Assembly: GCA_012295275.1 (NCBI GenBank)
Contig: CM022674.1
Coordinates: forward strand, 2,170,001 to 2,234,000
DNA from: Chrysomallon squamiferum
Lineage: Eukaryota > Animalia > Mollusca
DNA: 64,000 bases
Direction: 5' to 3'
Shown here: in pieces, positions 41,284-55,973 of the stretch
Position numbering within the stretch: position 1 is the stretch's first letter
Layout: each line of letters starts with the position of its first letter
Position numbers and translations under genes: made by a program
Notes under the pieces: model-generated
What the model saw: only the letters and a program-made list of their open reading frames with translations
Told to the model about the DNA's origin: nothing
Database searches by the model: none

Positions 41284-41635
41284 CTTCTCAATACCTGAAA
41301 CGTTTTTTTTTTTTTACCTAAGAACGAAATCTGGCCACTTTCTTGTGCAGGTGCAGGACATCGCGTGGGGTCAAACTGAACCACAGATTTTTTTACCTGC
41401 TAGAAAAAATAATTAAGATGCAGGTGTCAGGCTAGGGTGACCTGTGAAAAGAACAGATGTATGTTTTGATAATACCTGTCAGTTTAAACACACACGCACG
41501 CCGTTCTGTTCAGACCGGGGCACTTCCTTCGTGCGCCTCTGTACGAATTACAGGCGGGCGGCTTGGTTTATGTCAGCGTTTTGTTTTTAGTGTGGTGTGT
41601 GTTTATTTTGTCTGTCAGTAGTTCTTCAGTTGTGA

Positions 41636-41748
<113 letters not shown>

Positions 41749-42040
41749 TTTTTTCTCTGTGTGTATTTCTATGCATCTAGACGTGGTTGTATAATACATC
41801 ACTGTCTATGTTTATTTTAAAATCTCTTTGTGTCTGTGTTTATGTGCGTCTGTGTGTGTAGTTTGGCTCTTATATTTTATTTTTATTATTAATGTATCGT
41901 ATTATTTAGTTCTCATGACGTCATACGTCGACTCTAACAAGGAACTGTCATTCCACCCACGTATTCACTACGACATTTCTAATCAACCAACACACAGTAA
42001 ACACACAGACATTCCAATCAACAACCTACCAGTTTAACAC

Positions 42041-42096
42041 ATGCACTGTCCGGGAATCGATCTCGTGACCCCAGGCTCCTAACATAAGCCATGTAC
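42041..42096 (-). mobile_element. Possible tRNA-derived SINE relic (B-box region only)
   Basis: The minus strand reads ..GGGGTCACGAGATCGATTCCCGGACAG.., resembling a Pol III B box. No clear A box. Confidence 0.2.
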
Positions 42097-42152
42097 AAGG
42101 GTAATAATGTACAAAGGAAACCGGTGGACATTTCACCCCACTAACCCAGTCT

Positions 42153-42183
<31 letters not shown>

Positions 42184-42765
42184 CCGGCTGTTAACATCGT
42201 GCTAACTTTAACATAGGCACGAATACTAAATCAGATATTTACGTCTTGTTCGCGTTTACGCACGTACCGTTCTAAACTAAATAGACCAGGATACAGCAAC
42301 ATACAACAACATCATCACCTTGCTATTTCACAGCTTCGTTTCTTACAAGCCTTAAAATTTTTAAAATTCGAACTAGCACTTTCTTGTAAGCTCGGGTGAA
42401 TCACGTAGTTTTTCACGTACAAACAAAACCATAACTTTTCAGTCCACTAGAGAGATCAAAAAAACAACGTCGTAAATGTTTTAGTTCACGGTGAAGCTCG
42501 CTCGATGGCAATTTGGTTATTACACTTGGATGAAGACGTCGTGCTGTGAACATGTCTGTGCATGCGACAGTCAGCCACGACGTAATTACGTGTCTACGAC
42601 GGCGATTCGCGTATTTCTGATTTCGTCGTCTTCGTTGAAGTGTTAAATGTCTAACGTGTTGCCGCGCGGTTTTCTTGCTTTTATCTGTTTTTAACTGTGA
42701 GAAAGAAATTTTTTGTGAAGCAGTTTAGAAACTGTATCACTGTATAAAGTATATCATTGTGTTTA

Positions 42766-42875
<110 letters not shown>

Positions 42876-43044
42876 GTACATATATATATATATAAATTTA
42901 ATTAAATGAACAATTGCAGAAATATAGAAAGAAAAATCTAGAAAAGAAAACAAACTAAAATATAACAATATTTATAGACAGGGTGACAGAAAAATAAATA
43001 AATAAATTAATGAAAGAATTAACAAAGAAAGAAAGGTAGAAAAA

Positions 43045-43225
43045 AAAATTAAAATTAAAATTAAAATTAAAATTAAAATTAAAATTTGAAATTGAAATTG
43101 AAAATGAAAATGACTAAAAAAATTAAAATTAAAATTAAAATTAAAATCAAAATCAAAATTAAATTCAAAATTCAAAATAAAAATAAAAATAAATATAAAA
43201 ATAAAAATAAAAATAAAAATCAAAA
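43045..43225 (+). repeat. Hexanucleotide array (AAAATT)n with variant blocks GAAATT/AAAATC/AAAAAT
   Basis: Read directly. Confidence 0.85.
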
Positions 43226-44380
43226 TAACAATAACAATAAACTTTCGTCACAAAATAAAATCTTCCCAGAAAGAAACCTTGATTAATATCCAATGATTCA
43301 GTGGATTTGGTTTTCCATTCACACAAATTTAATCATTTCATTCATGACAATAGCTGATAAACCCCAACTCTTTTTTTTTTGTTCAGTATATTTAAAGAAG
43401 CTCTATATTTGAACAACCCTTAGGGACACCAGACACCTTTGATCTAAATTTGTTATGGCGTAATCTTAAGCTCCTTACAAGGGTCTTTTGAACCCGATAC
43501 AGAAACCCCTCAGAAATCTTCTTGATTTAATCCCCACCCCCCGGGTATATGTGCACGCATCTTGTGTCGCCATCTTGTGTGTGAAATGTCCGTGTAATTT
43601 TGAGGAAAGAATAAATGTAAACAAGTATTAATGATGAGAACATAAAATGAGTGAGCCAAAGACGGATAGCTAGATAAATAGCTAGATAGATAGATAGATG
43701 GATAGATAGATAGATAGATAGTTAGATAGATAGATAGTTAGATAGATAGATAAATAGATAGATAGATAGATAAATGGACATATATATATATATAGATAGA
43801 TAGATAAATAGATAGGTAGATAGACATCTAAAAAGATAGATAGATAGACATATAGATAGATAGATGGATGGATATAGAGATAGATAGATAGGCTGACAGA
43901 CAGAGAGAAAAAATAAATCATTGAATTTACTATACAAAATGAAGATACACACATTTTATAACTTTGACGTTTTTTCCTCGAAATGTTAATTGTAACATAG
44001 TCATTGTAACGCCGACCTGTCAATAAACAACACAAAAAAAAAAAAAAAAAAAATAGATGCTAAGACGATGAATAAAACGTTATTTACACCATCGTGCTTT
44101 CATCATCAGCTGACAATAAGTGTTTACATTTGAGGTGTCGACATAAACTGAAGCAACAATGCAGCAGTGATAGGTACACACAGAATCGCATGAGATGCTA
44201 ATAAGTATTTACTTACCATTGTACTGCTTATCTCACGTGTTGTGTTTGTTCATAAAGTGAAGTTGAGTACACTTCATCGTAAATATGCGAGTTCGTATTG
44301 GTTTATAATTGTTTTCCTTAACCCAGTTTTGTTCTCTTTATTATTGTCTCTGTTTTCACATTTTAAGATATGCCGTTTTT

Positions 44381-44478
<98 letters not shown>

Positions 44479-45554
44479 GTACATAATATACATACGTACA
44501 CAAACATAGCAAACATTAATGAGAAAATCGTATCAATTTAATATTAAGATTAAGGATTATCATAAAGGAATTGATGTATTATTTTTTATAAATAAATACA
44601 TAAAACAATAATAATAGTAATAATAATAATATCAATAACAATAATGACTACAAGAAAAAAAAAGAAAAAGAAGAAAAGGAAGAAAGAAAGAAGGACAACA
44701 ACATCGGACACAGTAAACTACAACAAATCCTACAGTAAAAAAAAAAGTCTAACAGCACAAGGACAAAGTTAAATACATGGCTATAATCCAGAGCTTCTAT
44801 TATACAGCACGCTGTTCCCGTTCATTTTCAATCTCGAATTTCCTCGTTCATTTCTGGCGAAAGGTCAGCAAAGTGGTCGTCCGTTATTGTGTACATCACG
44901 TCATAGTGACACGTTAGACGACTGCAAAGCGTCATTCCATTGTGACGTGATACGCCGATTCAGCAGCGCCATGGCAACCCGAATTGTTCGAAAGTAAACC
45001 ACCCGTTTGCAGCAGCAGGAGAAACGTAAATGTGATACTGAGTAACGGTGACACACAGGTCGAGATTTTAATGTAGGTTTTCCCAGTGCTTCGATGTATA
45101 CATGTTATGTCACGTTATTTATTTATTTTATTTTATTTTATTTTATTTGTTTGTTTGTTTGTTTGTTTGTTTGTTTGTTTGTTTGTTTGTTTGTTTGTTT
45201 GTTTGTTTGTTTATTTGTTTATTTATTTGTTTGTTTATTATATTTAATTATTTATTTATTTTATTTTATTTTATTTATTTTATTTATTTATTTTATTTTA
45301 TTTTATTTTATTTTATTTTATTTTATTTTATTTATTTATTTTTTTTTTTGATTTGATTTGATTCATTTCATTTATTTATTTTAATTACATTTTATTTTGC
45401 CACGATGGTAATAATAGTAATACCGTAGAAGAAAAAGAAGAAGAATAATAATAATAAAAAGAATTAAATTAATTTTGAATCTAATTTTTATTGTAGTACT
45501 GTTGTTGTTGTTGTTTTTAGTTCTTTCTTCTTCTTCTTCTTCTTCTTCTTCTTC

Positions 45555-45585
<31 letters not shown>

Positions 45586-46072
45586 TATTATTATTATTAT
45601 TAATATCATCATCATCATCATCATTATCACCATCATTATTATTGTTATTGCTGTTCCAGCCATTATTATATATATATCGTTATTTGCTGCAATAATTTGG
45701 TTCTTTGTCACATCTTTTAAAAACGTGAATTTAACATTTTAAAAACATATTTTCCTGTTCATTCCTGTGTTATGCATCATGTTCATAACATCAGATTTAT
45801 TTTTCTCTCTCAGCAAAAAGCATGTCATAACGTGTTAACCCATGCAGCCTCTGTGAATACAGAGAAATAAATATCCTGAACAAAATAAAATAACACACAC
45901 ACACAGACACACACATAACAAAAATATACGTTACAGGTCATTCTACGTTGCCATGGTTCATCGAAAATACATTAAACACTGCTTCTTTTTGTGACAGCTT
46001 CTATTCAAAACCAGCGCTTTTTTATTTTTTATTTTTTTTTTTTTTTTTTTTCTATTTGAAAAAGCCGATCGT

Positions 46073-46106
<34 letters not shown>

Positions 46107-46825
46107 CTCTATTCGGTCCCTTTAGGTTCTTTGTCCCTCTTCATCCTGTTTGAAATAGTCTTTTGTTGATTTGTAAGATTACGCTTAGGTCTGGGTTCGC
46201 CGCTAAAGTCTTTGTGGATATAGCGTGCCTTGAGGAGTCGAAGCAAGGTTTTTTGTTTTCTTCTTCGTTCTTTTCTGCTTCGACGAAACTACTCGAAGTT
46301 CCGCAAACAAATTAACGTTCTTCAAGTTTTCAAGCGACTGGTGTGTATTTGGCCGTGAATTTTTTTTTAACAAAGATTATTATTTTTTTTATTTTCTTCA
46401 TTTTTTTAAATTTTTTGTTTATATATATACAGTGAATGAACTGAACGGTTTAAACGGTTTAAATTTGAACCGGATGATTCATAAAACTTTTGAGACGTTT
46501 CGGGTCTTTGTACAGACTGTGTGTGTGTGGGTAGTGTGAAATCTTTGTTCAGTCGATATAGCAGAGTTCGTTTGGTGTTAAAGGGTTCGGTGATTTTTTT
46601 CTCTGGAGAAATATTCTTAACGGATTTTGATACGGTACAAGCAGGAGGTGAAATATGAACGAGACTACAAGTACAGCGACCACAGTAAAGGTATGTGACG
46701 TACTTGTTATATAATCTATTAGTTTTATTAATCGTTATCAAAACGTATTTGATAAACTATATATGCACAAACATATAGTTTAATTCGTTATATATGAAAA
46801 ATATTTATATTTCACTACTTTAACG

Positions 46826-47180
<355 letters not shown>

Positions 47181-47795
47181 AAGATGAGGTCGTGAATGGA
47201 CTTTGTTCTCCTGCGCCAGTACGTTCCCGAATATTGTCTATGTGCAGAGTCTATTCATAAGACACAAAATATTTAAAATCCTAAATACAGACACACACAC
47301 ACACACAAACATACTTACATCAGCTAATTCATCCATCCATCCACAAATCCGCCGATCTACCCAACCGTTCATCTTTGTATTGTACAAAACACAATATCCC
47401 CTGGTTTGTATTGTCACAGTGATCAAAGATAGAGATCTCTGTTGTAATTCGTGAGTCCTAACTTCAACAGGACAATTCGCGTGAACACAAAGGGTTCAGC
47501 CCTAATGAATGAAAACCGTTGAGAAGAGGCTGGGTCTGTTTTCTGAATTCTTTTTTTTTTTTAATGAAAAACACAATTATTTACTGTAGCTGTTTGTGAC
47601 GATAGACTTTGTTTGTTTGTTGAAACGGTCACATCGCTCTCACGGTTTGCAGATTTTCGTAGAGTGTTTTCGCGTGCGCGCACGCAGCAGTAGATGTATT
47701 AAAAACATATTAACACAACAGTTATGTGCAAATCTCAACACAGCAATAAAGGACTAAGAATAAATAGTTTTGTAGATATGCAGCCACACGCCAAC

Positions 47796-47828
<33 letters not shown>

Positions 47829-47903
47829 ACACAACCACAAACACACACACTCCCAACCACATACAAACACATCAAACACATACACACAGACACACACACA
47901 CAG

Positions 47904-47942
<39 letters not shown>

Positions 47943-48697
47943 CCCAGACATATATACAGACAAATATATACACACACACACAAATTCATACAAAATTAAT
48001 AATATTAAAAAAAAAAAAAAAAAAAAATCCACGATCAATACTCATATGCTTTGTAACTGTAAGTAAACGAACCAATAACAACAACAATATCTGCCCGTTT
48101 TCTTTTCTTTCTGCCGTACGCACGTTACTAAATCACATCCATTTTCTCAGTATCCTCTGTTAAAACAGTTACCAACATACCTCTACGTTGCTTTATGTTT
48201 CTGCTGATGGCGTTTTCTAATTAAACGGACATGTTTTCCACTTATCGTCTCTTACGTTCATAAAAGGAACTTCATTAGTTTGTCACCAGCTTCATTAAAA
48301 TTAAGGTCGTAAATTGCCAGTCTGTAGTTCACTGAAATAGATTTGTACTTCTGGTAATGGTTTTCAGCAGCGAAGCCACCTGCTCAAATGTTACTCGAAT
48401 GACAAATCGAACGCGCCCGTCCGTCCGTAAATTGTTACGTATTTTGAGATCGTTTACGTCATTCGACTTGGTTATATATATATATATATATATAAGAAAG
48501 AAATTATATAAATAAAGAAATTTTTAAAAGTCAGATTTACTCAGCATAAAAGGTTATAATGTATGATTACAAAATATTGTGTAAATTTTTCTGTTCTGAC
48601 AGGGTAAAGATAATCTAGTCTTTGTTTCTCTCTCTCCCTTCGTCTTCTTTTTACTGTTATCATCAACATTATCATCTTTATCATCATCATTATCACC

Positions 48698-48729
<32 letters not shown>

Positions 48730-49001
48730 AAACCATACGGTACAGTCCATTTCACCACTTCTTATTCGTAACCGTTTCACCGGAGACAACTTATTTTGTT
48801 TTGTTAGGTTCTGAAGAGAATGGCCGTTAAATATTAACGCAAACAAGACTTTCATTTGTCAAAATGTATATTTATAAATCCCTAACGTAAATAAAGTTTA
48901 TTTATAACAATATAATCTTCCGAGGGTCTGGTGCTTTCTTATCTTTTAATAAATCTTTAGCCATATAAGCATGAAAATTTAAAAAAAAAAAAAAAAAAAA
49001 G

Positions 49002-49125
<124 letters not shown>

Positions 49126-50780
49126 TCATTTCTTTTACTTTCTGGTTTCTTAATCTTTTCATTTTATTTTTCTCTGGGGCGTCGTTTTTACATTTCCACC
49201 CACATTCACTTGCACGCGCTGCCAGCAGAGACTTCTATAAATGTAAAATGACTCACGTTTCACATCTGAGTTGTTTATTTCAAAGTTGACATGTCTATTA
49301 CACAAATACACAAAATATTGATTACCTAGGCTGAAAACTCGATTTCGCCTGTTATTACACTTGTGTTTGAAATATATTATATTACGCTCTTAATAACTAA
49401 GATATTGTAACGATCTTTCTTCTTCTTCTTCTTTTTTTTTTTTTTTTTTTCTTCGCTATGCTTTCGTGTTTTATGAAGAGTATTTACACGTGTGATGTAT
49501 GTGGAATATATGTGTATATATGTAAAATAAAATAAAATAACACTTATTTATTTGTGCAAAAAAAAATGAAACACGAAGGAGAGAACCACCTTCAACGACG
49601 ACAACAACAACAGCAATTATAATTACTAAATAAAGTAATGTAAAGAAAAATGAATTAAAACAAAATAAAATAAAATAAAATAATATAAATAAATAAATAA
49701 ATAAATTTAAAAAAATAATATTATAATAAATAAGCAAATAAATAAATTTAAAAAAAAAGAAGAATATTATAAGTAAATAAATAAATAAAAAAAAAATAAA
49801 ATAAAATAAATAATAATCATGAAAAAAAAATAAATAAACAACATGAATTTGTATTTAATATTAACAATCGAACAAGTCAGAAAAAAAAAACTAAAAATAA
49901 AAAAAATAACTCCACAAATTAAACTAGTATCATGCACATACACACCCAGAAAAACAGACAGATACACACATACGCTTACATACATATGCACAAAACAAAT
50001 CAAAGAACCATCAGGCACGTGTTTATGACGTCATAACATTATGACGTTTACAAGTCAAGGATGCCTGCTTTGAGCAAAGGATTTGTATTTTATCTGGATG
50101 TCACCAGTATATCGTGTATTTGAAAATACTGAGGAATATAAAGTAAATTATTGTTATTCTTATTATTGCTGTTGTTGTTGTTGTTGTCGTTGCTGTTGCG
50201 CCATATTTGGAAACTAAACAAAACAAAACAAAAAGTGTATTTTTTTAATGCACAAACTAAAAACTATATGAATTTCACACATTAAGCGCATGCTCGTACG
50301 GACACCCCCCAACACACACGCACACACGCATCCGCATTCACTCCCCCCGCACATTACATTAAAAACAGTAAATCTTTCTAAAAGTACATCCCATAAAAAT
50401 AATCTTTTTCCACGTTATTATTTTAATGTTTCATCAAAACCCTTCATCCCTTTCTCGCATTCCGTTCCGGTTCAGTTGATGCATACCGATGGACAATAGA
50501 CGGCACGGACAACAGACACACGTCACGTATTACGAGTCACTCGGACACTGACCAAACCGCTGACCCATGGACAACAGCAGCAGCAATAACCGTATACTTG
50601 TTAGGATTTTTCTAGTCGTAGGAACATAACAACACAACAAAGTTGTTAGGTTCAGTTTTTGAACGCATGAGTGATTTCAGTGAAACCGAGGCCAATAAAG
50701 ACTCGTTTTAAATATTTCGCGATGCAATCCGGGTGGCCGCAGTAACTTCGTGGGCATCATCCGGGCGTGGCTGATTTTTG

Positions 50781-50860
50781 TATGACGTAAGTTTAAAATT
50801 TATGTGACGTAAGACATTTTTATTACGTAAGTTTAAAATATATGTGACGTAAGGCATTTG
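50781..50860 (+). repeat. 40-bp tandem duplication containing four T(G/T)ACGTAA bZIP sites
   Basis: TATGACGTAAGTTTAAAATTTATGTGACGTAAGACATTTT versus TATTACGTAAGTTTAAAATATATGTGACGTAAGGCATTTG, 4 mismatches. Confidence 0.85.
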
Positions 50861-50937
50861 TTCTGTCTCCAATCATCTCGGTTGTCGTTGATTCATTACT
50901 GTAGGGTGTGTGTGTGTTGGGGGGGGTGTCGTTACGT

Positions 50938-50993
50938 GTTTCCATGACAACGATTCGAGTACACCTCGCTGTGGACATGATGAACTCTGACCT
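50938..50993. promoter_or_regulatory. RFX X-box (GTTTCCATGACAAC, 50938-50951) plus DR1 (TGAACT-C-TGACCT, 50981-50993)
   Basis: The first motif matches the X-box consensus GTHNYYATRRNAAC and the second the RG(G/T)TCA DR1 consensus. Confidence 0.3.
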
Positions 50994-52214
50994 GACTATT
51001 TAATTACGTTTATCAGATGCGTGGTGTTAGACGCGTACAGAAACACACACACAGACACAGAGACACACAGACACATATACAGACGTACATACGTATACAC
51101 CAAAGACACAAATGCACACACACACACACACATATATATATACACACACACACATTTATACAAATACGTATACACTTACACAATATACACAAACACACCC
51201 ATCCGCACATACAAATATCTAATAGTATTATAATTTAAATAATAGCCCTGCAGTCTTATTTTACAAATGCTTACACATACTCGGTGCATTCTGCTAAGTT
51301 ACCAGTGAAAAAAAAAAAAAAAAAAAACAGAAGAAGATTTCAATTATTATAAAAAACAGCCTTAATATATCAATATATTAAGCTAAACAATGGTTTTCTA
51401 TAGAACCTCCCATTTGTTTTTGTTTTTTTACGAAGCTTATAATGAAAATGGCTTATGTCTGTTCAAAATGCTGCTTAAATTTTCCAGTGGTAAAAAAAAG
51501 CATTGATTAATTATCCTTTTGTAAAACAACAACACAACAACAACAAAATAAAATCAATTTAAGAAAAAAAATATATATATAAAACGAGTAAATATCATTT
51601 ATCAGTGCTTAATTTAAAAACAGTAGCTTTACATACGAATGTGCGTGATAAAATGGTGTGTTTTTATTCTTAACAGAGCTTCAATTTGTCAATGAATAAA
51701 TACACACAGAATTGTCTCTCGTTGTTAAAAAAAAAAAAAAAAAAAAAAACTTAATCTAGTAGAGGTTGAAACCAGTAATGTATGTTTTATGCTTGTGCAA
51801 ACTAACGACGAATATGTAGTCAAGATGCACACCTTTTTTGGTTTTCAATGACTAAATTTAAAAGATTCTTATACTATTGCAAAATGAAAAAAATAAAGAA
51901 AATAAAATCAGTCTTAATATACCATTACTCAAAAACAATAACTGCACGTTAGTATCGCGTGCAGGAAACCTTTCATACCACCACCACCAGCAGCAGCAGC
52001 AGCAGCAGAAGCCATTAGCATCTTTTACGACATGAACTGACAACGTCGCTTGTGACTTTGAGTATGAAAAGTTATAACGTGGAAGTGGGATCGATTCCCG
52101 GGAGAGTCGTATCTTTGATGACTGCTAAACTTCGCCTCATGCATGATTCAGAACGGAGATTGTTGTGATGACCCATCTCTGTCACTTTTATAGACAAGGA
52201 ATGCATTAAGAGGA

Positions 52215-52350
52215 AGAAAGGGTTCCCGGCGGAATTGTCGCAGTGCGCAGTCTCCAGAGAGGCATTATGGGGAAAACGCTGGCTTTGACAAACAATGGCG
52301 GCGATGGATTGTTGTTCGGTTTACGGGTTTGGAAGTGAAAACGGGGCCGA
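52215..52350 (+). promoter_or_regulatory. Promoter-like island with ZNF143/Staf-like and YY1-like motifs
   Basis: GGCATTATGGGG at 52261-52272 (SBS-like) and CAATGGCGGC at about 52293-52302. CpG-rich, with G-skewed sequence downstream. Confidence 0.35.
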
Positions 52351-52667
52351 ATAAATATGAATATTTTACATCTGATGACAAAAATTTCTGGACAAAAATG
52401 TTTTGAAGTGTTTGTTAGTGATATTTGGTAGTGAATAGGTGCAGTCTTTATGACAAAGTGATTTGAGGCATATTTAATAAAAATAAAATAAAAATATCAT
52501 TAGTAGAATAGATAACAGATAATTATGATAGAAAAAAATACATGCAAGTCACAAACAACAACATCTATATATCTGTCTATCTGTCTGTCTGTTTGTCTCT
52601 CTCTGTCCATTAGTCTATCAACTTAACTAACGAAAATAAAATTATAATTGTTTTTTTTTATAGACCG

Positions 52668-52854
52668 CTTAATATAATATTCGTGCCATAAATTTATGAT
52701 AAAACTATTAACTACGTCGAACGTAAAACGCTTCGTGTCTAGCCTCACTGGCGTATTCTGTGACTCTTCCCTCAGACATTAAAACAGTTCTGTTCTCATC
52801 TTAATACTGTCTTATAACGCAGGCAAAATTATCCATGCACTTTGCAGGTTCCTG
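52668..52854 (+). repeat. 187-bp inverted repeat, left arm
   Basis: Ungapped reverse complement of 55181-55367 with 7 mismatches, all transitions, by manual alignment. Confidence 0.95.
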
Positions 52855-53599
52855 TATATCTGTCTATCAGAAACTGGAGTCATTGTAGAAAATACTATTT
52901 GAAAGACAGTCTCTATTAAATACGACAGTGACTAATGCTTATACCTTTTTATTTTTTCTTTTTTTCTTTTTTCTTTTTCTTTTTTCTTCTTCTTCTTCTT
53001 CTTCTCTTTTTTAATTTGTCAGTTACGAGTATTATGCTTTCACATACTATGTAAAGTTAAACAAACAGTGTTCCTTATTTTCGTTGCAGAATGTCTTCAT
53101 TTCTTCATTCATTCGTTGTTAATTTCTTCGTTCGTTCATTCATTCATTCGTTAATTCATCCGATTCTTTTCTTTCATTCTTTTATTGATGGATTTAGTCA
53201 TACCTTCGTTCGTTCATTCATGTACCCATCACACACACACACACACACACACTCTCTAGTTAACCAACCCCAAAACGAGATATAATAATTTTTTACACCG
53301 AAATTGTCTTTCGTCAGTCAATAATTCCATCTCTACCACCAACAACCTACCACAATTACGATCGACAACATATTTTTAAAATCCATATCTTCCCAAAAAA
53401 AAAAAAAAAAAAAAAAATAAAAAAAAAAATAAAAAAATATTAAAAAAATTGAAGACGAAGATGATGAAGATCTTGGCGACAATTTTATTTCAACGATCTC
53501 TTGGCCATGATAGTCTGTCTCGGTATTAATCACTTTTTCGGTACAGACAGCAACGTTCTTAGTTCGATTTTTCACTTCTCCCTCTTGAAACATCCTTAC

Positions 53600-53644
53600 C
53601 AGGAACTCGTTCCGTTTGATCTTCAAATAGATGACGCTTATAAA
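53600..53644 (-). other. Candidate 45-nt internal exon
   Basis: The minus strand reads TTTATTTCTGTAG|TTTATAAGC...GAGTTCCTG|GTAAGG. The length is divisible by 3 and two frames are open (FISVIYLKIKRNEFL; YKRHLFEDQTERVP). It could be a pseudo-exon. Confidence 0.25.
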
Positions 53645-53900
53645 CTACAGAAATAAATTTTCTAACGGGTCTGTTAGATCTTGGGACGATCGTTTGATCT
53701 GGTCGCTAATTTAATAATGTCCCAGAAGTAAAAAAAAAAAAAAAAAAAAAAATTAAATTTAAAAAAAAAAAAAAAAAAATTACCGTTATTTATTTAATGT
53801 GTCTGAATTGATGTTAAGGATGTGATTATTGGAAATATGTTCAGTTTATTAGAAAAAATACTTCTTTATGTCCGTCTATCTGTCTGTCTGTTTGTCTGTA

Positions 53901-53978
<78 letters not shown>

Positions 53979-54280
53979 ACTATGTATCTATCTAGATTTT
54001 TATCTTTAATCCATACGGAAAGACAAACAGACACACAGACGAACAAATAATTGCCCAGTAGTTATGTTTATTGTCATGAACAAAATTGCACATGAAAGTA
54101 ATTGGCTCCGGTTAACATGGAATGTTGGATACAATTATATATTTTTGTTACGTCATTTCTGTCTTTGTCTACATTCGACGGAGCAAACACGACACCCTGT
54201 TCAACATCCGGGTAACTGTGTTAAGCTCGAATCTAAATTTGATTCACGACATATTATTCTTTAAGTTCATCAGCTTAAAG

Positions 54281-54350
54281 AAGGAACGTAGTTCAGTGGT
54301 TAATGTATTGGCTTGAGATGTGTTAGGTCCCAGGATCAAATTTCTTCAAT
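54281..54350 (+). mobile_element. Degenerate tRNA-derived SINE head
   Basis: A-box-like CGTAGTTCAGTGGT followed at tRNA-like spacing by B-box-like GGATCAAATT. It does not form a cloverleaf. Confidence 0.4.
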
Positions 54351-55180
54351 GCTGTCTTTGTGCTATATGACGTTCAAAGCCTGTGCAATTTGCTCTGCTG
54401 GAAAAAAAAAAATAAAAATCCCCCCTAAAACCAACAAAACAAACAACAACAACAAAAAAACAAAAACAGATAAAAAAAACAAAAAACAGACAACGAACAA
54501 AAAAAAACCAGACAAAAAACCCACAAAAATCAGACAACAATAACATAAGCCTAATACGTAACAAATTTTGTTTCATTATATTTTCGGGCTTGTTACGTTT
54601 TACATTCTCATCAAATACATTAGGAAAACATACCAGTAACTTTTCGCGATTTAGTATTCTTGCATGACCTTTGTAAGTCATTCATTCGAATTTTCGCATT
54701 ATTCACTTCGATGATTTTGTATTGTAAAAAACAAAAAAAAAAAAAAAAAAAAAAAAACAAATATGATTTACCAGTTCTTGCAAAAATAATGACAGATTTG
54801 ATGAACATTAACAGTGCAATCGGTTTAACAGTTTTCATATTAGAAAATGAAACTTCCATCTCTCAAAACTCTCTCTCTCTCTCTGTTCCTCTCTCTATTT
54901 AAAAACGAAAAAAAAAAAAAAAAAAAAAAAAAAAATAATAATAATAACAATAAAAGTAAATAAAATAAACAAACAATGTGAGAAAAAAAAATTCATCCCA
55001 TTTTCCATTTTTAAAAACATTTCCCACCTCGTTCCAACCAACGTTCCGATTCTCCATCATCTTGTACGCACCACAACAAAATAATGATTAAATGCAGGCA
55101 GATAAAAAAAAAAAAAAAAAAAAAAACATTCACAGTTTATTACAGTCTCGAGCACATATTTCTCTCCAACTTCAGACTTC

Positions 55181-55367
55181 CAGGAACCTGCAAAATGCAT
55201 GGATAATTTTGCCTGCGTTATGAGACAGTATTAAGATGGGAACAGAACTGTTTTGATGTCTGAGGGAAGAGTCACAGAACACGCCAGTGAGGCTAGACAC
55301 GAAGCGTTTTACGTTCGACGTAGTTAATAGTTTTATCATAAATTTATGGCACGGATATCATATTAAG
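55181..55367 (-). repeat. 187-bp inverted repeat, right arm
   Basis: Reverse complement of 52668-52854, about 96% identity. Confidence 0.95.
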
Positions 55368-55606
55368 TCGTAATAAATTTTAGTTATGGATTTCGTTTCG
55401 TTCAGATTATTTAGGAAGTGCCTCTAACGTGAACTGTTTGTTTGTTATCAAATGATGAGACTTTAATAATGAAGTATGTTAAATTGATAATAATGAAAAG
55501 GAAAGAAATGTGGTTTTATTTCGTTGATTTCTCTTTCTTGATTTTGCTTGTTTTTGGATTTTGTTTCTCCTTCCCTTAACCTAATTTAATTTATCTGGGG
55601 TTTTTG

Positions 55607-55973
<367 letters not shown>

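Noticed and set aside
46110-46290. Minus-strand open frame (..KTLLRLLKARYIHKDFSGEPRPKR..)
   Set aside because: It is bounded by an upstream stop with no start codon or good acceptor, and no homology is recognised.
54281-54350. Functional tRNA gene
   Set aside because: The A/B boxes are degenerate and no acceptor stem or cloverleaf forms. Kept only as a SINE relic.
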